From the IMG/VR virus record IMGVR_UViG_3300043411_001777, positions 62,001 to 126,000 of that record: DNA of 64,000 bases. One strand, written 5' to 3'. Position numbers and translations under genes: made by a program. This document shows positions 36,326 to 44,367 of the stretch, one piece after another (the first letter of the stretch is position 1; every line of letters starts with the position of its first letter). The notes beneath the pieces were generated by a model. It did no database searches, was not told where the DNA came from, and worked only from the letters and a program-made list of their open reading frames with translations.

Positions 36326-36643
36326 TCAGAATCTCCTCTGACCTTTACCTGCGAATCGTATAGCGGAAACACCCTTCCGATTCCATGTTGATTGAAACTC
36401 ATCATTACGGCGAGACTCATCCCGTCCAGTAACTAAAGCACGTATCCGCGCCAAACGTGTTTGTTCAGCCGTGGACATATTAGGGAAGAGCCGCTCGAAA
36501 GAACTTAAGGCATCCGGAATCCGGTTAAGCCAATCAAGAATGGTGGTGTCATCAATCATAGCTGGATTCTCTGGGAAATCCTCTGGGGGAGTTAAGCCCC
36601 TCAGAAGATTTTGACCCGAATTGTTGATCCACCATTCTGACAT
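36326..36643 (-). CDS. hypothetical protein
   Basis: GGAG SD. Confidence 0.6.
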   Translation of the reverse strand: MSEWWINNSGQNLLRGLTPPEDFPENPAMIDDTTILDWLNRIPDALSSFERLFPNMSTAEQTRLARIRALVTGRDESRRNDEFQSTWNRKGVSAIRFAGKGQRRF

Positions 36644-36693
36644 TATGACTCCGCCTTCTGGGGCCGTTCTAAATGCTGAACGGCATAGACAGA

Positions 36694-37056
36694 TTATTCC
36701 AGGACTTGGTCCAAGTCCACCTTATTCGCCATAGCTGCAAGCGCCGCCAGTTTGCCGGTCTTGAGAATCGGCTCCGGAGCCTTGAAAGGCACCGCCTCCG
36801 GATTGTCTTTCAAGGGCACAACGGCCGCATCGAAAAAGCAAACCTCTGAGGTTTGGACCGCCTCTGAGGTTTGGACCGCCTCTGAGGTTTGGACCGCCTC
36901 TGAGGTTTGGACCGCCTCTGAGGTAACCACTACAGGGTCGCACAAGTATTCCGTCGTCATTTTCGCAACCTGCTGATCGGAAATCTCCTCTCCGAAAAGG
37001 TCATCCAAAGGAATAACGGGGCCCACTGCTTCTGCATATCGTTTCATACTGCTCAC
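36694..37056 (-). CDS. hypothetical protein with (TSEAVQ)4 repeat
   Basis: GTGA overlap; in-frame 18-bp repeats. Confidence 0.7.
   Translation of the reverse strand: MSSMKRYAEAVGPVIPLDDLFGEEISDQQVAKMTTEYLCDPVVVTSEAVQTSEAVQTSEAVQTSEAVQTSEVCFFDAAVVPLKDNPEAVPFKAPEPILKTGKLAALAAMANKVDLDQVLE
36843..36924. repeat. coding tandem repeat CCTCTGAGGTTTGGACCG x4.5
   Basis: perfect 18-bp units, no spacers. Confidence 0.95.
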
Positions 37057-37250
37057 TTATCGTAACTGTCTTTGTACCAGCCACCACCCTTCAGTTGAAA
37101 GCTGTTCGTGCTGATAAGCCGTTCCAATTCCCCTCGGCACAACTCTTCCAAAAGTTGGGCGGGACACTCTGGCGCTGGTGTATCCCACCGAGCCATCCTA
37201 AACTCGTGAGCAGCACCACACTTCTTACACCGATATTCGTAAATTGGCAT
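37053..37250 (-). CDS. FmdB-family zinc-ribbon protein
   Basis: MPIYEYRCKKCG...CP...LIS..SFQLKGGGWY. Confidence 0.9.
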   Translation of the reverse strand: MPIYEYRCKKCGAAHEFRMARWDTPAPECPAQLLEELCRGELERLISTNSFQLKGGGWYKDSYDK

Positions 37251-38011
37251 CAGATCACACTCAGTACACCGCTCCAGCCCACCTGGCGCGTGTCATAACT
37301 GTCTACCGTGTAGACCTGCAACCGATACGGCAGTTCCTCAGAAACTAACTGCTTTTGCAGCTTTGCTGCAATGGCACGTCCTGCCACATCATAAATCGAA
37401 AACTCCGGATTCCAATTCCGGAAGTTATCCACCGATACAGTCCACGAAGACGAAGCCACCACTTTGGGAGCCTCACCACGAACAACCACAAAAGGAAGCT
37501 GTGTTGCTACTGCCTCCCACAACAGATCCGTAGCCGACCGACGCCCCTGAGTTGTGGACATCGCCACAAAGGCCGCTTCTTGCCTCTCAGAAAGAGTTTC
37601 AGGCATCGAAGGCTCACCTACGTCCTGAGCGGCAGGAAAGCTCCCAGCCCTATAATTCGGGTGCTCACGCTCTCCTGGATTCTCTTCCTGATAGGCACGG
37701 ATGGCTTCTAGCATATCCTGGGATGCCTTTCGCAACTGTGCCCCAACCGCAACAGGGTTCAGGCTATTCGTTCGCACAGGGACCGCAGGATGAACTCCAG
37801 GAGGTAGTGGAGTTGTCCGGAACTCTGGAATATCCCCGTCAAATTGACGACGCTCTATCAAATCCCCTTCTCTAAGCAAGTTTGCCCCCCGCTCCTTACG
37901 GATGAGAGCGAAAACTTGCTTAGCAAGCTCTGGGGAGCGGCTCAGCTTTTGAGCCAGCAACACAGGATTATCCAGCAATAATCGAATCTCAAGTGGTAAT
38001 TCGGCAATCAT
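37250..38011 (-). CDS. hypothetical protein
   Basis: ATGA and TGATG overlaps. Confidence 0.75.
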   Translation of the reverse strand: MIAELPLEIRLLLDNPVLLAQKLSRSPELAKQVFALIRKERGANLLREGDLIERRQFDGDIPEFRTTPLPPGVHPAVPVRTNSLNPVAVGAQLRKASQDMLEAIRAYQEENPGEREHPNYRAGSFPAAQDVGEPSMPETLSERQEAAFVAMSTTQGRRSATDLLWEAVATQLPFVVVRGEAPKVVASSSWTVSVDNFRNWNPEFSIYDVAGRAIAAKLQKQLVSEELPYRLQVYTVDSYDTRQVGWSGVLSVI

Positions 38012-38487
38012 TTCTTAATGTTCCCTTCTCGATCAAGTTTGATGCGTGCTCCGGGGGCAACCCTCTTTTCAGGTTTCGCATCCCAAGCATCTCCGGGAGC
38101 CCGCACTTCCCTAGGAGGGGCTGCCCCGTCACCCACATACAACCCACTTTTGGGCAGAATGGCATTCTTCCCTGAAACCAAAGGTGGGGGCACAGGCCTC
38201 GGAGCTGTCGGAGTTGTCCAGATTTCCAGCGGGGCCGTGTGTTCTAACCCTACGAAATCTGGAAGGTTGGCCCATTTCGAATGTTCCTTCTGAGACACTT
38301 GCGGGGTGTTGAAAAACCGGTCCTCCTGGCTATTGACCCGTTTGCTAAACGGGTCGCCTCCCCATTTAGAACGCTCACAAGCCGTGTTTCGACAGAACTT
38401 GCAAAAGGCAGCTTCCAAATCCTGCTCTGTGGATTTAGGCTCAACCTTGCGCATATCCTCTAAACACCCCCCTCCAAAGTCCTTCAT
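38008..38487 (-). CDS. hypothetical protein (CKFCRNTAC)
   Basis: AAGGAG SD; ATGA overlap. Confidence 0.75.
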   Translation of the reverse strand: MKDFGGGCLEDMRKVEPKSTEQDLEAAFCKFCRNTACERSKWGGDPFSKRVNSQEDRFFNTPQVSQKEHSKWANLPDFVGLEHTAPLEIWTTPTAPRPVPPPLVSGKNAILPKSGLYVGDGAAPPREVRAPGDAWDAKPEKRVAPGARIKLDREGNIKK

Positions 38488-38822
38488 TTCAAAGACTCCT
38501 TACTTCGAGCTGGGGGTGTAGTGTTTGGAACCTGACCAATCGGAGTTGGTGACTTTCCGGCCAAAGTTACCATATGGGGTCTCCCATGAACGATTGCCAG
38601 TTTACGAACATGGGGGCAATCAAGACACTTGAGGGGGTGCATCTCTCTCAGACCACACACCTTCAAGTACACCAAATACTGCTGATACTCTGCTGGTGAC
38701 ACACTGTCTCGAACCTTCTCCGGGTCATCATTCAAAAATGAACACGGTGGGGGGAAGTTCTTCCAGTGGAAGCAAAGCAACAGTTCTTCTTTGCCCTTCA
38801 TGGTGTGTTTTATAGGCCGCAT
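38484..38822 (-). CDS. hypothetical protein (Cys motifs)
   Basis: directly follows the polymerase. Confidence 0.65.
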   Translation of the reverse strand: MRPIKHTMKGKEELLLCFHWKNFPPPCSFLNDDPEKVRDSVSPAEYQQYLVYLKVCGLREMHPLKCLDCPHVRKLAIVHGRPHMVTLAGKSPTPIGQVPNTTPPARSKESLK

Positions 38823-38827
38823 GGGAT

Positions 38828-41800
38828 TTAGGCCCCTTCTGCTTTAAGTGCTTGGAGAATCGAAGGGTGGAACTTCCAACCTGGGTTCCACCCTTCAAGG
38901 ACAGCACCCGTAGAGTCTAATAACCGTAGCTCGCACGTTCCCGCCACATTCTTATGCCACCGATGAAGAAGATCACTCAAATGCTGAGCATTGGAGGGAG
39001 ACAGACTAATACGCAGCTTATATTCCAGAATACTAGAATCGGCCTGGGGCGGACTGGACTGAGGCTGACTGGGCTGCGCAGTAGCTCCCTCTATCACAGG
39101 GGCCATTACGCCCAGAGGGGCCTTTAGCATTTCTTCTGTCCACTGGATATGCTCCCCATACGGAGACTGCGCAAAGGCCTCCAAAGTCTGGAGTTTGAAT
39201 AGTGGTGCCAATGCCTCCGGGAAACGGGGAAGCTGCTCCCAATTCAGGCCCGCTTTAGCAGCCGCGTCAGGGTTCTTGATCTTCTTGTTTCCGACGTAAC
39301 GAACCTCACCAGAACGCATGGAATCCAAATTCCAAGGAACCGACCAATCCTTACCGATTTCAACGTCCGAAGTGAGCGGGACGGGCCACTTCCGACCTTT
39401 AATGAAGTCGTTATTGATCATGATGAGACGGATGGTCTCAATCGCCTCTTCAAGGATTGAGCCGTGGATCCGGAAGACCAATTCGTCGTGCATGGTGATG
39501 AACATCTTGACCTTGTCCAACCACCCCTTCTTCTTCACCATTCGGTAAATAAGAGCCATTGCGATTTTGGTAATGTCCGCCGAAAGACCCTGCACGGGTC
39601 CGTTAATCGAGTTTCGTTCGGATTTGGAGCGAAAGAACCCGTCGGGGCTATTGATATCCGGAAGGCTCAGTTTCCGACCGAAAGCGGTAAACACAAAGCC
39701 ATTCTTGTGGGCGAAACTCTTCTGTGCCTCCCACCACCGAGCGAGGCCAGGATATTGCTTATCGAAGGTCGTCTTAATGCGATAGCCTTCGTTCTTATCG
39801 CCACCAACTGCACGCTGTGCAGCGCTCCCTCCGCCGCCATAAACCATAGCAAAATTAAGCTGTTTGGCCTTCTGACGCAGGAACTTCCAATCCGGCTTTT
39901 GCGCGGAGTTTTCGCCATACACCGACAATGCCGTCAGCGTGTGGAGGTCACCGATCTTATCGGAGCCGCACTTCGGACAACGAGGCGGAGGTGTCTTAGG
40001 CGTACCCTGGGTGAAATCACATTCGAATTTGAACTCGCAAGCACTGCAACGGAAATACTCAGCCAGCCATTTAGGCTCGCGGGACAGATTCGTGACAATG
40101 CGAAGCTCGACGCCCGAGTAATCGCAATTGAAGCTGAACAAATGTCCAGCTAGCGCGAAATTATGACTTCCATCGACGGTAGCGCAAAACACTTTTTCCA
40201 CACGATCAGTCGGCTCCACGGACTTAACAACCCAATAAGCCCTTTCTGAGCCCGTCCCGCCGCAATCTGGGCACTCGTCCTGCCAGACGTTGCCTTCCCC
40301 GTCGCACCGGTCTATTCCGACCCCGAGCCCGCCGCACCCGTGGCACTGGCCACCACCTTCCTCCGGGCCAACGTATATCGAGCGCATTCTAGCCCCCGGC
40401 CTTAACTCCCGGGTGGTAACTTCTACGTAGGTTTTACCTGAGTAATCCCAAACCGACCATCTATGCTCGGCAGTTGCCGATACAACTTTCTCGGACCCTC
40501 TTTGGGTAAAGATGATCTTTTGTAGGGGTTGCACCCCAAAACACCAAATTGGTGCGTCTACCCAAGTTCCGACCCCATTCTTATTTGTCAATAAACGTTG
40601 CGTGGTTCCAGCCAAACCCCCAATCTGTTTGATTCCATCTGCCGTAATAATCTCGGTCTCAGCCGCAAAGCAATTATGAACCACCAAACCGTTAGCTTGG
40701 AAGTTGTTCCCGTCAGGAACGGTCAGATCCCAAACCGCGGCCTCACCGTCGGAGCACACCGATTCCAACTCATCTGTAAACGTCCGACCCCACGACTTGT
40801 CCTTTGGAAGCCGGTTTCCAGTGAGCATCAGAAGCTTCTCTTGATTTCGGGCCTCCGAAAAACCAATCCGATCGGTGAACCGGATGATGTCTGCACTGTC
40901 CTCAATCCTCAGATGGTCATTCGAGCGGACAGAACGAACACCTTGCTTTAGAAGCAGAACCTGCAACTCCTGAGCAACAGGCCCACCTATCAGCAAGTCA
41001 ATGTGGTCAGTAACCTTGGCGTCCAACTCGAAAACACCGCGAAGGAATGAGGCTTGAACCCCAACCGAAGAAAGCCAAACTTCCTCGGGAATGGAATTCG
41101 GTACGTCCCCCCACTTTTTAGTGAAGTCCTGCACCCAACGAGCAAATTGATTCCCCCAGAATCGGAACTCACCGTCTCCTAGGTACTTCTCCTTGAAGCT
41201 CACCCCGAATAGAAACTGGGACCAATCATTGGTGGTCCTCATGTAATCAACACCGCCCAACGAACCGAACTTGAAGCCCACAGAAACAGGGAGCTTGCCC
41301 TTGGACTCCACAAAGCCGGACCCGAACACGCGCCCAAGAAACTCAGCAACCAACTCGTCAAAGTGAGCCGGCACCCTTGCGGCCGTACGGCTCTGTCCAA
41401 GCGATTCTGCGAGCGGAGGCAGGGCGACATAGGGCTGGGCCGTGTACGCGTCTACAGCCGCAAGAACACACCGATCTCCGGGCCGTAGCTTGCCAGCCTC
41501 AACCCACGTCCTCCCCGTGTCGCGCTCAACACGCATAAGATGGTCGGACGTGACCCGTAGTTCATAGCCAGAGCGGGTCCGGACCCGAACCACGGGCTTA
41601 GTGCCATTATAGGTGACCGCACTTACCGGCTTCCAGCCATTTTCGGTCAGAACCAAATCCCCAATGGCCACATCACGAATCCGAAGGTCCCCTCGGGACG
41701 TTGGGATTCGTGCATTTTCATCCACGCAAGCAACTACGAACTCATCCTCTTCCGCTACGATTGTCTCACGCAATCGTGTCATACATTCTGGCCGGGAGGT

Positions 41801-43243
41801 GTCATAGGATGCGGGAATGGCCTGGAGGTTAAGCGCGGGGATACCCTGTTTCCCGGAGCCCTCGCCTGCCGGGGTGGCAAACCGACCCGTGTCAACCTTA
41901 TGTCCGTTGAAGCTGATCTTCATGGATCCGTCGATCGGGTCCGCGTCCTCAGCCATAGGATACAAATAGGTTGACAGTGCCTTTTGCACTTCCCGGAATT
42001 TCTTCACCTTCCCCATGAAAGGGAATTGCTCACTGGCTTCCGTGACTACACGGTCCAATTCGTCTTTGGAGGTCTTAACCTGCTCAGACTTTTCTGTATA
42101 ACGTAGCCCGGGAACCTCTAGCTCCTCAAAAAGGTGCCCCAACTGTTGGGGGGAGGAGATATCGTAAACGTAGGGGTAAGTGACTTCCCCTTTCGGGGTG
42201 GCTTTTGTGATGAGAATGGACGGGTCAACATCCCGTACGGACTTAGCCTTAGCTAAGTCAATCCAACTCGATATCCGCTTCGTTGCATCTTGTGGGTCAA
42301 ACAGCTCAAACAGCTTGCGATAGAAACTAGGGGTACAGTCTCGCCCCAGAAGCTCTGTAGCTCCGGCATACACTTCTTGGATTGCAGCAAGCCATTCAAC
42401 ATGGCCGAGCCTGATTAGCTCCTGGGTCTTATTCAGATCACGAAGAATTCGGCACCGCTCCATCCACCGTGTGGAGGTAACACAGGACTTCTCAATGGCG
42501 TAGATAGCGGCTTGGTCAGCCTGCACTTTCGGCAGGAACTTCTCACATAGCAGGTAAGTGAAAATACCGTCACCGCCGCCATACCAAAGGACAGCCTCAT
42601 CCCTTGGGTCAAGCAAGGCAAAATTAAGGTCTTTCGTCCCTTCGGGGAACAGCTCGTCAAGTTCGATCTGATCGAACCCCAACTCCTTGAAAGTTAGCTT
42701 CTTGAGCTTCTTTTCCTTCTGGTGGGCGTCCGTTAGATACACCAGAATCAAGGAATCTTCCCACGACTTGTGGGAGTCGAAATTCCAATCCAGGCCCGGG
42801 ATGCCTGTAAACTCCAAGAACTCCTGGTCAAACTTGCCATAATGGAACAGGGCAACATGACTGCCTTCCATAAAAGCGGCCATTAGCCTGCCAAATTCCT
42901 TCGTCCAAAGGCTTTGGGGGATATTGGCAGAAGCAATCTCTTCGTCCACCTTCCCTAGCTTCTCGTCGATACCGTGAGAAATTGGAAGGTAGTAGCCATT
43001 GACCCCGTCGGGAGAGAGGCAGATACCTACAATTCGGTCGACGGTCTTCCCGTTGAAAACCCGGTTATCTAGGCCGGTGGTTTCAAGGTCAACGGCAATG
43101 CGTTTGGTAGGGGACGCAAGACACGTATCAATAGCCGCCGTAATGTTGTCTGGCGTAACAAGGTGGAATTTGAAGTTGCTTAACCAATCCCGCTTACGGA
43201 CTTGGATTTTGGAGTTTTCCTCAAGGAAGTCAAAAAAGCTCAT
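38828..43243 (-). CDS. polA: family A DNA polymerase with 3'-5' exonuclease, two inteins and a Zn-ribbon insertion
   Basis: VDLETTG (ExoI), KFD, VDTGRF, LQAIP, CDYSGVELR (motif A), KAKQLNFAMVYG (B), MHDEL (C); AGGAG SD before ATG 43243. Confidence 0.96.
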   Translation of the reverse strand: MSFFDFLEENSKIQVRKRDWLSNFKFHLVTPDNITAAIDTCLASPTKRIAVDLETTGLDNRVFNGKTVDRIVGICLSPDGVNGYYLPISHGIDEKLGKVDEEIASANIPQSLWTKEFGRLMAAFMEGSHVALFHYGKFDQEFLEFTGIPGLDWNFDSHKSWEDSLILVYLTDAHQKEKKLKKLTFKELGFDQIELDELFPEGTKDLNFALLDPRDEAVLWYGGGDGIFTYLLCEKFLPKVQADQAAIYAIEKSCVTSTRWMERCRILRDLNKTQELIRLGHVEWLAAIQEVYAGATELLGRDCTPSFYRKLFELFDPQDATKRISSWIDLAKAKSVRDVDPSILITKATPKGEVTYPYVYDISSPQQLGHLFEELEVPGLRYTEKSEQVKTSKDELDRVVTEASEQFPFMGKVKKFREVQKALSTYLYPMAEDADPIDGSMKISFNGHKVDTGRFATPAGEGSGKQGIPALNLQAIPASYDTSRPECMTRLRETIVAEEDEFVVACVDENARIPTSRGDLRIRDVAIGDLVLTENGWKPVSAVTYNGTKPVVRVRTRSGYELRVTSDHLMRVERDTGRTWVEAGKLRPGDRCVLAAVDAYTAQPYVALPPLAESLGQSRTAARVPAHFDELVAEFLGRVFGSGFVESKGKLPVSVGFKFGSLGGVDYMRTTNDWSQFLFGVSFKEKYLGDGEFRFWGNQFARWVQDFTKKWGDVPNSIPEEVWLSSVGVQASFLRGVFELDAKVTDHIDLLIGGPVAQELQVLLLKQGVRSVRSNDHLRIEDSADIIRFTDRIGFSEARNQEKLLMLTGNRLPKDKSWGRTFTDELESVCSDGEAAVWDLTVPDGNNFQANGLVVHNCFAAETEIITADGIKQIGGLAGTTQRLLTNKNGVGTWVDAPIWCFGVQPLQKIIFTQRGSEKVVSATAEHRWSVWDYSGKTYVEVTTRELRPGARMRSIYVGPEEGGGQCHGCGGLGVGIDRCDGEGNVWQDECPDCGGTGSERAYWVVKSVEPTDRVEKVFCATVDGSHNFALAGHLFSFNCDYSGVELRIVTNLSREPKWLAEYFRCSACEFKFECDFTQGTPKTPPPRCPKCGSDKIGDLHTLTALSVYGENSAQKPDWKFLRQKAKQLNFAMVYGGGGSAAQRAVGGDKNEGYRIKTTFDKQYPGLARWWEAQKSFAHKNGFVFTAFGRKLSLPDINSPDGFFRSKSERNSINGPVQGLSADITKIAMALIYRMVKKKGWLDKVKMFITMHDELVFRIHGSILEEAIETIRLIMINNDFIKGRKWPVPLTSDVEIGKDWSVPWNLDSMRSGEVRYVGNKKIKNPDAAAKAGLNWEQLPRFPEALAPLFKLQTLEAFAQSPYGEHIQWTEEMLKAPLGVMAPVIEGATAQPSQPQSSPPQADSSILEYKLRISLSPSNAQHLSDLLHRWHKNVAGTCELRLLDSTGAVLEGWNPGWKFHPSILQALKAEGA
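40127..40672 (-). mobile_element. intein 2 (182-aa mini-intein) containing a CxxCxGxG zinc finger
   Basis: CFAAETEIITADG...ATAEHRW...VFCATVDGSHNF...FSFN followed by CDYSG. Confidence 0.92.
40673..41728 (-). mobile_element. intein 1 (352 aa) with a LAGLIDADG-like endonuclease region
   Basis: CVDENARI...VTSDH (block B)...EFLGRVFGSG / FLRGVFELDA...VWDLTV...NGLVVHN followed by C. Confidence 0.95.
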
Positions 43244-43688
43244 CAGGTCTCCTAGACAGGGAAAATTCCCCCCCGTCCGCAACTAGAACATACCGATTCT
43301 CACGCCACGCGAGGATCACCTGATTGGCGGCCCACAGGAATTCCTCTTCTAGCGGTGCCTGGTAACAAAGAGGCACTTTCTTATGCGGATAGCAGCTATT
43401 GTCTGCCAACACACACCTTTTGATCAACCCACAATGCATCCCGGTGACTTTAGCCAAACGATATTTGGGCTCGGGACCTATTTCGCGAAATAAGGGCAAA
43501 GAATCCCCATGCAGCGCTTTCGACAGAGATTCTCCGCTCACAATAGGGATCAGAGGTCGGAGAATGGTGTCTCTAAGACAATCCAATTTTCCCCAAGCAT
43601 TCTCACCTATAGGAGTGGGCCGCAATATCAAAACGGGGGTGCACGTATGCGGGTGCAACACCTGAAAACGTCTAAGCCCGTCACTCAC
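43230..43688 (-). CDS. hypothetical protein
   Basis: overlaps both neighbours in the replication module. Confidence 0.7.
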   Translation of the reverse strand: MSDGLRRFQVLHPHTCTPVLILRPTPIGENAWGKLDCLRDTILRPLIPIVSGESLSKALHGDSLPLFREIGPEPKYRLAKVTGMHCGLIKRCVLADNSCYPHKKVPLCYQAPLEEEFLWAANQVILAWRENRYVLVADGGEFSLSRRPDELF

Positions 43689-44268
43689 TTGCTACCCACC
43701 CGACCTTGTTCATCACTTTCAGCCGCAATCCCGCCAAACGTTCAGCCGCCGCTTCCGGGGTAAATTCCTGCTCATGTAGTAGGAAATGAATTCGATCCAC
43801 TTCCTCCCACAGCAAAAACGAGGCCTCCATTTTCAGGATCCGGTCCTCGGTTATGCCTTTAAGGAGTGACATTAGACGCTGCCTCTCCTGCTCATAGGGA
43901 GAGACTTTTTTCTCTACGGGTGTAGTTGTGGGGTTCCAGTCTTCCTGGATTGGAACCTTGATATGGTACTTACGCTCAAGGAGCGTGAGCGCTTCGATGA
44001 AGGTCTTGCGCTCCTTTTCTTGGACAGTCTCGATTACATCGCGACCTTTCACACACGCGAAGCAATACCAAGTGTTACTCTCCGGATAGACACGCGCGGA
44101 GGGCTTTGTGTCTCGCCCGTCACCGTGCAAATCACACTGGAACTGCTGTTCACGATGCCCAGCGTCAGACCGAACCCGGTACCCGTAAGCCTCTAGGATC
44201 TCAAGTATAGATACGGCTTCTTTTACGGCCGCGATGCGGTGTTTTAGGTGGTCGGACATATGAGCCAA
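43681..44268 (-). CDS. CHC2 zinc-finger (primase Zn-binding domain) protein with no recognisable TOPRIM
   Basis: FQCDLHG...KPSARVY...WYCFAC...DVI. Confidence 0.85.
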   Translation of the reverse strand: MAHMSDHLKHRIAAVKEAVSILEILEAYGYRVRSDAGHREQQFQCDLHGDGRDTKPSARVYPESNTWYCFACVKGRDVIETVQEKERKTFIEALTLLERKYHIKVPIQEDWNPTTTPVEKKVSPYEQERQRLMSLLKGITEDRILKMEASFLLWEEVDRIHFLLHEQEFTPEAAAERLAGLRLKVMNKVGWVASE

Positions 44269-44367
44269 ATATGGAAATGACTACGGCTTGTGCAATCAGC
44301 AGCACGATGAAACCCACAATACCCGGAATTACCACACCCATGCCCTTTTACAAGGTGTCCACTATAG

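Noticed and set aside
36663-36684. Hairpin GCCGTTC-N8-GAACGGC as a terminator
   Set aside because: No U-tract on either strand.
36843-36924. CRISPR mini-array
   Set aside because: The repeats are contiguous with no spacers, are in frame in a CDS, and no cas genes are present.
44203-44341. 46-aa membrane peptide (MGVVIPGIVGFIVLL...) on the - strand
   Set aside because: Weak SD, and it overlaps the CHC2 gene start by more than 50 nt; not supportable without expression data.
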